Shown: positions 7,629 to 15,660 of the stretch, one piece after another | Layout of the letters: the number at the start of each line of letters is the position of its first letter | Position numbering within the stretch: position 1 is the stretch's first letter | NCBI GenBank assembly: GCA_013336285.1 | Contig: JAAXTX010000005.1 | Span: forward strand, 1 to 51,123 | DNA: 51,123 nt | Source of the DNA: Candidatus Moraniibacteriota bacterium | Lineage (GTDB): Bacteria; Patescibacteriota; Minisyncoccia; Moranbacterales; UBA1568 | Direction: 5' to 3' | Notes under the pieces: model-generated | Told to the model about the DNA's origin: nothing | Database searches by the model: none | The model's input: only the letters and a program-made list of their open reading frames with translations | Program-made: the position numbers and the translations under genes

Positions 7629-8258
7629 ATGGAAGAACAGAATGACACATTTGCGGAGGAGGGAAACGTAAAGAAAGTCCAGTCTTGGATCCAGGAGAAT
7701 CTTCGCATCATCACGAGCGTCTTCATCGTCGGGGTGATCGCGATCGGAATCTATTCGTATTCCGGAAGGTCGTTACCGACCGAAGTAAACGGAGTCGGCG
7801 GTCAGACGGCTTCCTCCGACACGGAAAAGATAGCCGAGGAAGGCAATGCGGACGTGAAGGATTCGTCTACGGACAACACGACGACGGACACTGCCGCGAA
7901 AACCACGGAGCCTGCGAAGGCAGTCGTGGAAACACCGGCCGAAACGAGTCGCGAAACGGAGACCTCTTTCGTCGAGACGGCGCAGGCCAAGCAAGGCCTC
8001 ACGAATCTCGCCCGAAAGGCCACCGCGAACTATCTCGAGAAGAACGCCGATTCATCGATTACCGCAGAACACAAGATCTACATCGAAGACTATCTTCGCA
8101 AGAATGTCGGACACCAGGGAGGCGTCCGCGTCGGTACCTCAGTCGAATTCTCGAAGGATCTCATTCAGAAAGCGGTCGCCGCCTCGAAGAATCTCAACGA
8201 GCGTCAACTCGAGAACCTGAAGAAATATTCGGCCCGGGTATCGGAATTCCGGAAGTAG
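7629..8258 (+). CDS. Single-pass membrane protein with a Thr/Glu-rich linker and a C-terminal 'domain X' shared with the 1401-aa protein
   Basis: AAAGGAAGG SD 8 nt before the ATG at 7629 (the track's GTG at 7620 is less likely). TM segment ITSVFIVGVIAIGIYSY, low-complexity linker. The C-terminal ~92 aa (7980-8255) align with aa 1117-1212 of the giant protein. Confidence 0.8.
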   Translation: MEEQNDTFAEEGNVKKVQSWIQENLRIITSVFIVGVIAIGIYSYSGRSLPTEVNGVGGQTASSDTEKIAEEGNADVKDSSTDNTTTDTAAKTTEPAKAVVETPAETSRETETSFVETAQAKQGLTNLARKATANYLEKNADSSITAEHKIYIEDYLRKNVGHQGGVRVGTSVEFSKDLIQKAVAASKNLNERQLENLKKYSARVSEFRK

Positions 8259-8291
8259 ACCATACGCTTATACCCGTTCTTTCCTGTACCG

Positions 8292-8316
8292 AAAACCCCC
8301 GCAACGCGGGGGTTTT
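8292..8316. terminator. Bidirectional rho-independent terminator between convergent genes
   Basis: AAAACCCCCGC-aac-GCGGGGGTTTT. An 11-bp GC-rich stem with A/T tracts on both sides. Confidence 0.85.
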
Positions 8317-8348
8317 CGTATTCCGGATTTCCGTCATCGCAAACGATT

Positions 8349-10892
8349 TCATCCTCCGACCTTCCGGGCGACGGTCAGAAAATTATTCACACGCTCAAGG
8401 ATCTCGCGGTTCACGATAACCGAATCACGGCCGTACCGGAGTCGCGAAAGTTCCTTGAACGCTTCCGCGACCCGACGATCACCCGATGACGATCGGAGCG
8501 TCTTTATATTGAACGGCTTGGTGAGCTCGTTGTTCATGAGAAGCCGGACCACGCACTGGTAATTGTCGATGCTCATAAGATCCTGTTTCGAAAAGACCGG
8601 TGCGAACTGTTTTTCGAGGAATTCCGCGTCCTCCGGTCCGACACGCAAGGCGATCATCGATCCGACATTCCCGAACACCGCCTTGGAAATCTCTTCCTTG
8701 AGCTGGGCGATGAACTGATGCACGATGATGAGATTGAGTCGGTATTTTCGCGCCTCGGACAGGATCTGTGCGATCGAGTTCGTCGTCACGTTCTGGAACT
8801 CATCCATATAGAGATAAAAGTCTTTCCGATCTTCCTCCTTCGTATCGACCCTCGACAATGCCGACATGAGAATCTTTCCGACGATAACCATACCGAGAAG
8901 CCTCGCGTTGATCTCGCCGATCTTTCCTTTCGAGAGATTGATGAGAAGAATCTTATTGCCATCCATGATTTCGCGGAAATTTATCCCGGACTGCTGCTGG
9001 GATATGATCGGACGCATGATATCGTTCGAAATGAACGTGGTGAGTTTCGAGGTGATGTACGGGACCATGTTCGCGAGCGCCGCCTCTCCGCCGGCCTTCT
9101 CAGCTTCTTTGGTCCAGAAATCACGAACGATCGGGTTAGCACAGTGGGAAAGTTTCATCCGGCGAAATTCCTCGTCGGCGAGCACGCGGGATATCTCCAT
9201 CAGGGTCGACCCGCTTTCGGGATGTTCCATTATAAGGAGCATCGCGTTTCGCATATACTGCTCGAACATCGGGCCTCCGGTCGATTTGAGGTCGTACAGC
9301 TGATCGAAAATACCGATCATCTCGTTTATGACGAACGTCTTCTGCTCGGGATGTTTCGGATCGAACTCGAGCATATTGAGCCCGATGGGTCGCTCGATGT
9401 CGGAGGGATCGAAGATAATCACGTCGTCTGCCCGTTCACGGGGGATACATTCGAGAATACTCTCGATCGCGTCGCCATGCGGGTCGATGAAACAGAACCC
9501 GTGTCCCTGCTTCGCGTCCCACTTCGCAAGTCCCTCTATGAAATTCGACTTTCCAGTGCCCGTCTGACCGATGACGTACATGTGACGCCGACGATCGTTG
9601 TCGGTGATGCGTATCTCGGTATTCGAGCCGCGATAATCGTTGTATCCCAGTGGAAGGCCTTCCTTCGGGACATTGATCGGAGGTGCGGCGACACCGGCCT
9701 TAAGCCATTTGATCTTCGGCGTCTCAGTGACGGAAATCGGAAAGTGAAATATTGACGCTACCTCCTCGGACGAGAGCAGCAACGAGTGCTCGCTATCGAA
9801 GTTTCGGAAAATATAATCGAATGCTGCCCGACTGTTCTTCATCCGTTTCTTCACGCGAAGCGTATTCACGTCCGTATATTCGAACTGTGTGAAAGCATTC
9901 TCCATGTGTGACAGTATCTGTTCCGCGCGAGAACTCGTCGTCGCCGATGCGAGCAGTCTTATATTGGCGCGAAATGCCGGGAGAGTCGCTTTCCTTTCGA
10001 TAGCTTTCACGACCTCCTGCTCCTCCGGGGTCAGGGATACGGTCTTATCCTCCGGACTCGGATGATTCGGATCCTTTGGATCCGACACACCGAACGAACC
10101 AACGGCACCCGCCTCTTTGAGAACGCCCTTTCCGACACTTTTCACGAAAGCCATCTGAGACGTATGAGCGCTCGATTGAGCCTCCTTGAGCCGTTTCCCC
10201 TGTTGCATATGCTGCGCGATTTCCCTTCCGTGCCGACGCCACTCGTTACCATGAACCGGAGCCAACACGACTTGTATGACCGCGCCCTCCGTCTCCGTAT
10301 CAAGACCGCTCATCGCATTTGCGAGCTCATCAAGGGAATCCGTCCCCATAGCCTGATATGTTCGAAGCGGTAGCGCGGCCGGTTTCTTGAGATCAAGGAT
10401 CGAGATAGCGGTCGCGCTTCCCGGAGTAAAGATCGAGTAGTCGGGAGCCTTCTCGATGACCGCGTCCGGAAAAAAACTGTGGATCTGTTTCTCTATACCA
10501 TCCCGAAACCGCTTCGGCATGGAGATATAGAACAAAATCTCCTCTGAGCCGGCCGGCTGTGACATTTCCAGGACGACGGTCGGTATTTCATAAAATATAC
10601 GTTCGATCGGTGAAATCACCCGTTTGAAGGACGCCATGGCCTCCAGCAGCTTCTCCATTATGAGTACTTCTTCTTTCCAAGCATCGGCAGGCTTCTGGTT
10701 ACCGTTCTCGGGATTCGGCCTTTTCGAGACCCTGACAAGCTCGATATCCATCGAAATCGACTGATTCACCTGTGCACGAAAACGGAAAAAACCCCTGAGA
10801 ATGAGAAATCCCCCGGTAACGATCGACAGCCCGCCGGAAAAAACAGCTATCGGTATGAATACGGCATTCCAATCAACCGCGTGCGGTGTCAT
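8349..10892 (-). CDS. Membrane-anchored P-loop ATPase, type IV secretion coupling protein (VirD4/TraD/TraG)-like
   Basis: 847 aa. N-terminal TM AVFIPIAVFSGGLSIVTGGFLIL. Walker A YVIGQTGTGKSNF (9546-9569), FCFIDPHGDA, Walker B FYLYMDEFQN, RKYRLNLIIVHQFIAQL...FGNVGSMIAL, matching the C-terminal layout of TraG/TraD-type coupling proteins. The first ~430 aa are not recognisable. Confidence 0.75.
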   Translation of the reverse strand: MTPHAVDWNAVFIPIAVFSGGLSIVTGGFLILRGFFRFRAQVNQSISMDIELVRVSKRPNPENGNQKPADAWKEEVLIMEKLLEAMASFKRVISPIERIFYEIPTVVLEMSQPAGSEEILFYISMPKRFRDGIEKQIHSFFPDAVIEKAPDYSIFTPGSATAISILDLKKPAALPLRTYQAMGTDSLDELANAMSGLDTETEGAVIQVVLAPVHGNEWRRHGREIAQHMQQGKRLKEAQSSAHTSQMAFVKSVGKGVLKEAGAVGSFGVSDPKDPNHPSPEDKTVSLTPEEQEVVKAIERKATLPAFRANIRLLASATTSSRAEQILSHMENAFTQFEYTDVNTLRVKKRMKNSRAAFDYIFRNFDSEHSLLLSSEEVASIFHFPISVTETPKIKWLKAGVAAPPINVPKEGLPLGYNDYRGSNTEIRITDNDRRRHMYVIGQTGTGKSNFIEGLAKWDAKQGHGFCFIDPHGDAIESILECIPRERADDVIIFDPSDIERPIGLNMLEFDPKHPEQKTFVINEMIGIFDQLYDLKSTGGPMFEQYMRNAMLLIMEHPESGSTLMEISRVLADEEFRRMKLSHCANPIVRDFWTKEAEKAGGEAALANMVPYITSKLTTFISNDIMRPIISQQQSGINFREIMDGNKILLINLSKGKIGEINARLLGMVIVGKILMSALSRVDTKEEDRKDFYLYMDEFQNVTTNSIAQILSEARKYRLNLIIVHQFIAQLKEEISKAVFGNVGSMIALRVGPEDAEFLEKQFAPVFSKQDLMSIDNYQCVVRLLMNNELTKPFNIKTLRSSSGDRRVAEAFKELSRLRYGRDSVIVNREILERVNNFLTVARKVGG

Positions 10893-10925
10893 AGTTTTTT
10901 TCGTTTTTGTTTCCGGCCCGACTTC

Positions 10926-11357
10926 CTATACTTTTATCACGCCCTTGGCCACCAGCGCATCATAGAACTTTTCCGCCATCTCATCATGCATCCTGTCAAG
11001 GACATAGAAGTCGTTCAATTTTATCGCCACTTTGACGGCATGCTCCGGACCCTTCGTTTCCGCCAAAGAAAGCAACCTTGTCACCCGCGCCTCGATATCC
11101 ATCTCGCTGAATACCGCCTGAGCGTCGGAAGCGACCGTCTGATCGTCACCCGAAACCGTCGAAATCTTCACCTGAGGAGTTACTTTCGTAAGTATTTCCG
11201 AATATTTCTCTCCCGCCCTTTCGCGTGCCTGCTCATGCTCGGACGATGATCCGGGTATCCGTTCCGGGGAATTCGGTATTTCTGAAACCGACCGCGAGGA
11301 AACCGTTTCCTGAGACGGCATATTCTCACCGATCGGCATATTCACGTCCTGCGGCAT
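10926..11357 (-). CDS. Hypothetical protein (143 aa from the ATG; 148 aa if the TTG at 11372 is used)
   Basis: ORF sits between the giant gene and the ATPase on the same strand. Ser/Pro/Glu-rich N-terminal half, helical-looking C-terminal half (...AVKVAIKLNDFYVLDRMHDEMAEKFYDALVAKGVIKV). No recognisable family. Confidence 0.6.
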   Translation of the reverse strand: MPQDVNMPIGENMPSQETVSSRSVSEIPNSPERIPGSSSEHEQARERAGEKYSEILTKVTPQVKISTVSGDDQTVASDAQAVFSEMDIEARVTRLLSLAETKGPEHAVKVAIKLNDFYVLDRMHDEMAEKFYDALVAKGVIKV

Positions 11358-11364
11358 ATCGGAA

Positions 11365-14300
11365 TTACTCAATACTTACACCATCCAGAGTCCAGACCAC
11401 CCGTTTCCCCTCCGACACAGTCCATTCTGCGACCCTCGCAAGATACTGCGCCGTAGATTCCCCGCCTATGGGAAGCCCGGACGGTTTCTTCCCGCTCGCT
11501 TGCCAGAACGCATTGACAATCCGTTCGAACGATTTCAACTGATTCGGTCCGAGCCCTGAGCTACCGTCATTCCGAGCGCAGTCATGAACGACCGTATACA
11601 CGTCTTCGGACGGCGTTCCCTTCATACCCGCAAGGTCCACGTAATGGCCGCGCGCGTCGGTACCGGACATTCCCTTATTGAACTCCTCCATCGCGCTCCA
11701 AAATTTCCCGACCTTTTCCGATGAGGACACTACTGACTCTGGCACCTTTATACCGGATTTTACCATACTATCGGCGAACAAGGTAGGACGTACCGGGACA
11801 TTCTCGCCGGTTAAAACCGTGTCTTTGATACTTTCCGACGGCGCCGGCATTTCGGGAACAACATCCCCGCCATGGATCACCGGGGGATTCACAACTTCTA
11901 CGGAATGATGTATGGCTGCCCCGTCATCCATCGATACCTCCTTACCGAACCCGCTCACCCTCTCTGAAAACTGATGAAGATTTTCCACCTGTGACGAACC
12001 GAGTCCCCTTGCCTTCGCAACCGCCTCATCGATAAGCTGACGGGAGAATCCGACCCGTTCCCCGATCCCTAACACGCCGACATGTGCGGTTTTCTTCTGC
12101 AGATAATCTTCAATGTACACTTTCTGTTCCGCGGAAAGTCCCGAGAGTTTAGGATTCTGCGCCGTATATTCCGCGAATGCCCGCCGTGCAAGATGCGTCA
12201 TCCCCTCACCGGACTTCGCTTCCGAGGTGAAGATATCCCCCGCTCGCGACACTCCCGCACCGGCCGTATCCGTCATCTGTCGGACGGTCTCGACTGCCGA
12301 GCCTTCGGGACGCACCCCTTCTGCGACAGTTCCAATCGCCGATTGACCGGGAACACTGGTACCGCCCGTATCCTCTATGACCTTTTCAGAGCCATATACC
12401 CGATCAAGCGCCGTCCTGGCTGTCTCTGAACCGGAATGAGACGCCTGCGGATGAGCCCACTCCCCGACCCAATGCGCCACTCCGACACCAAGCGTGGATA
12501 TCGAACCGGAGATGACTGCTCCCTTGATAGTCTCATGCCGGACATACGCCTCCCGAGCGGAATCGACTCGCCCATCCTCTTTCCGTTGTCGTTCTCCGAA
12601 CATCCGTCCGAACCGTACCGATACACTTCCCTCGGCTTTTTCATTGGAATCAGCGAAGAGTCCCAGGGTGAGTTCCGCTCTCGATAACGATTCCAAAAGC
12701 CGTACCCGACCGCGGATTCCCTCTGCATCATCGCCGAAACTCACCTTATCCTCGTCGAGTTTCTTCTTCACGTACTCGACACGGGCTAGCAGATTGCCAA
12801 GCTCCCGCTCGCGAGCCTCGGCAGCATCCGGGGAAAGCGAATCTATCCGCCCCAGGATAATATCAAGACGTTCCGACAAGCCGCGTTTCCGTCCGTCTTC
12901 CTTTTCAGTCATCGGCACCGTTGCACGGACCATTGCCCGCTTTCCCGCTGCCAGTCTTTTCTCCGATCCCAGTGCGACGCTTCGCATCATGTTTCCGAAC
13001 CAGCCGTCTTCCGATTTTTTCGACTCCGCCGCCCTCTCGTCTATGCCTCGGCGTGACTTCCGGTCAAGATCAGAAAGGGCTTCCTTGGCACGACGGTTCG
13101 CCATCACCCCACCGGTAAAGAAAGAAACGAGTGGCGCGACAGCGAGACCGAGCGTTCCTGCCACCCCCATCATGCCGACTGCGCCACCGACCGCCATTCT
13201 GCCTGCCGCGCCTCCAGCAAAATAAGCACCACGTTCGACCAATGTCGTCCTAAGAAAAGAAGAAATCGAACCCCGTTCCCTGATATCGTTCAGGTATTCC
13301 CCGATTTCCGGGTGTGACTGGATATGTTGCACCAGACTGACACGGTTCTCAGCGATGCGAAGGGCCCCGTATTCCTGGGTCAAACCGGCGTATGCCGCGG
13401 CATCGTCTCCACGCTCCGTCGTAAAAATGACATGTTCGACCCTCATGCCGGCATCTTCGAATAGTTTCCTTTCGTCCGCGTATTGCTGTCGCTGCTTCTT
13501 GGTCGCACCTTCATAGGACCATTCCTGGGGAATTTTCGAAAAACGGTTCGCCGCCTCGTTGTAAGACTCACATTCCTTCCTTATAATCTCATTCTCAGCC
13601 ATCCCGGCAGAGATGGTCAGAAAACGTACGTCGAACTTTCCATCCTTTTCTTCGAGATCCAATCCTGCCGCATGTATACCGTTCACCAATTGCCTGAGTT
13701 CCTCGCCATACGTCCCGATGCCGCCGGAGGCCATCCTTTCCACAAGGTCCTTACGCGTTTTCGCCAGACGGTAACCTTTCGTGATGCCAGCCTTCGTCGT
13801 GTCGCGTGCCACGTCCTCGATCTTGTTCACGGCCGTCTGACGAAGCATCTCTACAGCGAACAGCTGCTGATCACGCGTCAAGGTCCCAAAAGCGGGAACC
13901 TCGTTTTCCAGGTCCCTCATACGAATTCCGAATTCCTGGTGAAGTTGCAACGCCGGTCCGTTGAAAACGAAAGGCTTTCCCGACGTGTCACCGCTCATCG
14001 GTTCCGGTGATTTGTTCTCCGGTCCACTTTCCGTTTCCGCGGTTATGACCGGCTCACTGGCCGTGTTCATCGTCTCCTTGGTCGGATCCCCCGACTCTTC
14101 CGACTTCTCGACGATTATCCCATCCTCAGACATGGGCGTCCGTTCCGTCAATTCATTCCCATCGTCGCGAACTTCTCCCGCAACCATATCTTCCAAGATG
14201 TCCCCAATCGATTCCCTTTCACGCGCGAGCGCGGCCCGGAGCAACCTTAATCGCTCTCTCGATTCATCGATATGACGCAGTCTCTCAAGAAGCGGGCTTT

Positions 14301-15570
14301 CCTCTTCATCGCGACTTTGTCTCAAGTGATCCTCCGATACGAAATGAGAACCAAGCCTCCCGATGATAAAATCCTCTTTCTTCTTCCGTTCGGAGCGAAT
14401 ATCGTTCAACTGCTCCACCAATCCGTGCCGGTCGGACTCAGCCGCGGCGACTTCTCCTTCCCTCCCACGAATAAGACCGGTCAACGTTTCGATCCGAGAA
14501 CGGGCCCTCTCATGTTCGTTCGCGAGCGCCTCATCGGAAGTAAGGGAGAGGTCGCTCTTCCGTGATTCGAGTTCGGCTATACGGAGTTCCTTCAATTCCG
14601 GCTCCATCACATACTCAAGATCTGCCTCCTTCAAAGCGATTTTCCGCTCAATCTCCGATATGTTCGATTCCAAAAAACCGATGTACGTTTCATCCGGATG
14701 CTCTCTCCCTTTCCATTCATCCAATCTCGCCCTCTCGCGGACAAGGGCCTGTCGCGTCTCCTCGATAGACTCCGAAAAATGAACCGGATTCTCCGAATCA
14801 AGCTTCTTCAATCTTTTCTGTTCCCCGTCCAACGCGGAACGCTCCGAAACTTCGATGGATCTGTCACGTTTCTTCGAATCCGTGCTGTTTTTCGGACGCT
14901 CCGGGACTGCGACGGCTGACCCCGCGACAGGAAGGACGGCTCCCGACTTTTCGGGATTTTCCACACTTTCCGATCCACTGCCAAGATCAACCGAAGAAAC
15001 CGTCACTCCCCCATTTTCGGTATCTTCGGATCCTCCCGACGGATTTTCCTCCACGGACATAAGGACGCTGACAAGACGTTCAGCCTGTTCCTTCCTTAGC
15101 CGTTCATCCCTCTGCGCTGCCTCACTATCCCATTTTCCAAGATGAGGCCCCTTATCGGGCCGGCGTTCAAGAACCAGCCCTTCCGCGGCTTTCAACTTCT
15201 TCCGTTGCGCAAATTCCGGAACGTCGTGCGACGTTCCGTTTCCCCGAAAAAGAAGTTCCTCCGCCTCTTTCCCATAATCCTGCCTGCTGCGTCGCATCGG
15301 CTCCAACCTTCCTTGCAACTCCGGACCGACTGTTTTCTCCAGGTCATTCCAGATCATAAAAAGTTCCTTCCCCTCCTGATCCGTCAGTCGGACTGATTGA
15401 CGTTTGGCATCCAGTTCACCGGCTCGCGCGCGCAAACGCCTATACTCTGCCGCGAGTTCCGAGGTCGTCCAAATTCGTTCGCGAAATCGGAAGGGCTTGA
15501 TTTCATCAGTGCCACCCCTTTTTCCATTCGCTTTCTCGGATTCCGTGGGTTCCTCCATATCGGACAACAC
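11365..15570 (-). CDS. Giant (1401-aa) coiled-coil, three-TM membrane protein of unknown function
   Basis: Uninterrupted ORF. About 780 aa are acidic, heptad-like and Glu/Arg/Leu-rich. Gly/Ala-rich TM hairpin at about aa 782-824 (13099-13227), third hydrophobic segment at about aa 1017-1037 (12460-12522), domain X at aa 1117-1212 (11935-12222), then a 189-aa C-terminal domain. Start is uncertain (GTG 15570 or ATG 15558); no SD. Confidence 0.8.
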   Translation of the reverse strand: MLSDMEEPTESEKANGKRGGTDEIKPFRFRERIWTTSELAAEYRRLRARAGELDAKRQSVRLTDQEGKELFMIWNDLEKTVGPELQGRLEPMRRSRQDYGKEAEELLFRGNGTSHDVPEFAQRKKLKAAEGLVLERRPDKGPHLGKWDSEAAQRDERLRKEQAERLVSVLMSVEENPSGGSEDTENGGVTVSSVDLGSGSESVENPEKSGAVLPVAGSAVAVPERPKNSTDSKKRDRSIEVSERSALDGEQKRLKKLDSENPVHFSESIEETRQALVRERARLDEWKGREHPDETYIGFLESNISEIERKIALKEADLEYVMEPELKELRIAELESRKSDLSLTSDEALANEHERARSRIETLTGLIRGREGEVAAAESDRHGLVEQLNDIRSERKKKEDFIIGRLGSHFVSEDHLRQSRDEEESPLLERLRHIDESRERLRLLRAALARERESIGDILEDMVAGEVRDDGNELTERTPMSEDGIIVEKSEESGDPTKETMNTASEPVITAETESGPENKSPEPMSGDTSGKPFVFNGPALQLHQEFGIRMRDLENEVPAFGTLTRDQQLFAVEMLRQTAVNKIEDVARDTTKAGITKGYRLAKTRKDLVERMASGGIGTYGEELRQLVNGIHAAGLDLEEKDGKFDVRFLTISAGMAENEIIRKECESYNEAANRFSKIPQEWSYEGATKKQRQQYADERKLFEDAGMRVEHVIFTTERGDDAAAYAGLTQEYGALRIAENRVSLVQHIQSHPEIGEYLNDIRERGSISSFLRTTLVERGAYFAGGAAGRMAVGGAVGMMGVAGTLGLAVAPLVSFFTGGVMANRRAKEALSDLDRKSRRGIDERAAESKKSEDGWFGNMMRSVALGSEKRLAAGKRAMVRATVPMTEKEDGRKRGLSERLDIILGRIDSLSPDAAEARERELGNLLARVEYVKKKLDEDKVSFGDDAEGIRGRVRLLESLSRAELTLGLFADSNEKAEGSVSVRFGRMFGERQRKEDGRVDSAREAYVRHETIKGAVISGSISTLGVGVAHWVGEWAHPQASHSGSETARTALDRVYGSEKVIEDTGGTSVPGQSAIGTVAEGVRPEGSAVETVRQMTDTAGAGVSRAGDIFTSEAKSGEGMTHLARRAFAEYTAQNPKLSGLSAEQKVYIEDYLQKKTAHVGVLGIGERVGFSRQLIDEAVAKARGLGSSQVENLHQFSERVSGFGKEVSMDDGAAIHHSVEVVNPPVIHGGDVVPEMPAPSESIKDTVLTGENVPVRPTLFADSMVKSGIKVPESVVSSSEKVGKFWSAMEEFNKGMSGTDARGHYVDLAGMKGTPSEDVYTVVHDCARNDGSSGLGPNQLKSFERIVNAFWQASGKKPSGLPIGGESTAQYLARVAEWTVSEGKRVVWTLDGVSIE

Positions 15571-15619
15571 CGAACACAGACAAGTAATGATACGACAACG
15601 GATGAACCGATCGCAATTA

Positions 15620-15628
15620 TGTTATAAT
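15620..15628 (+). promoter_or_regulatory. Extended -10 element (TGtTATAAT) upstream of the first GT-C gene
   Basis: tgttataat lies about 33 nt before the ATG at 15661, in the divergent intergenic region. Confidence 0.3.
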
Positions 15629-15660
15629 CATATCATAATACCGAACCAAACAGAAAAGTT

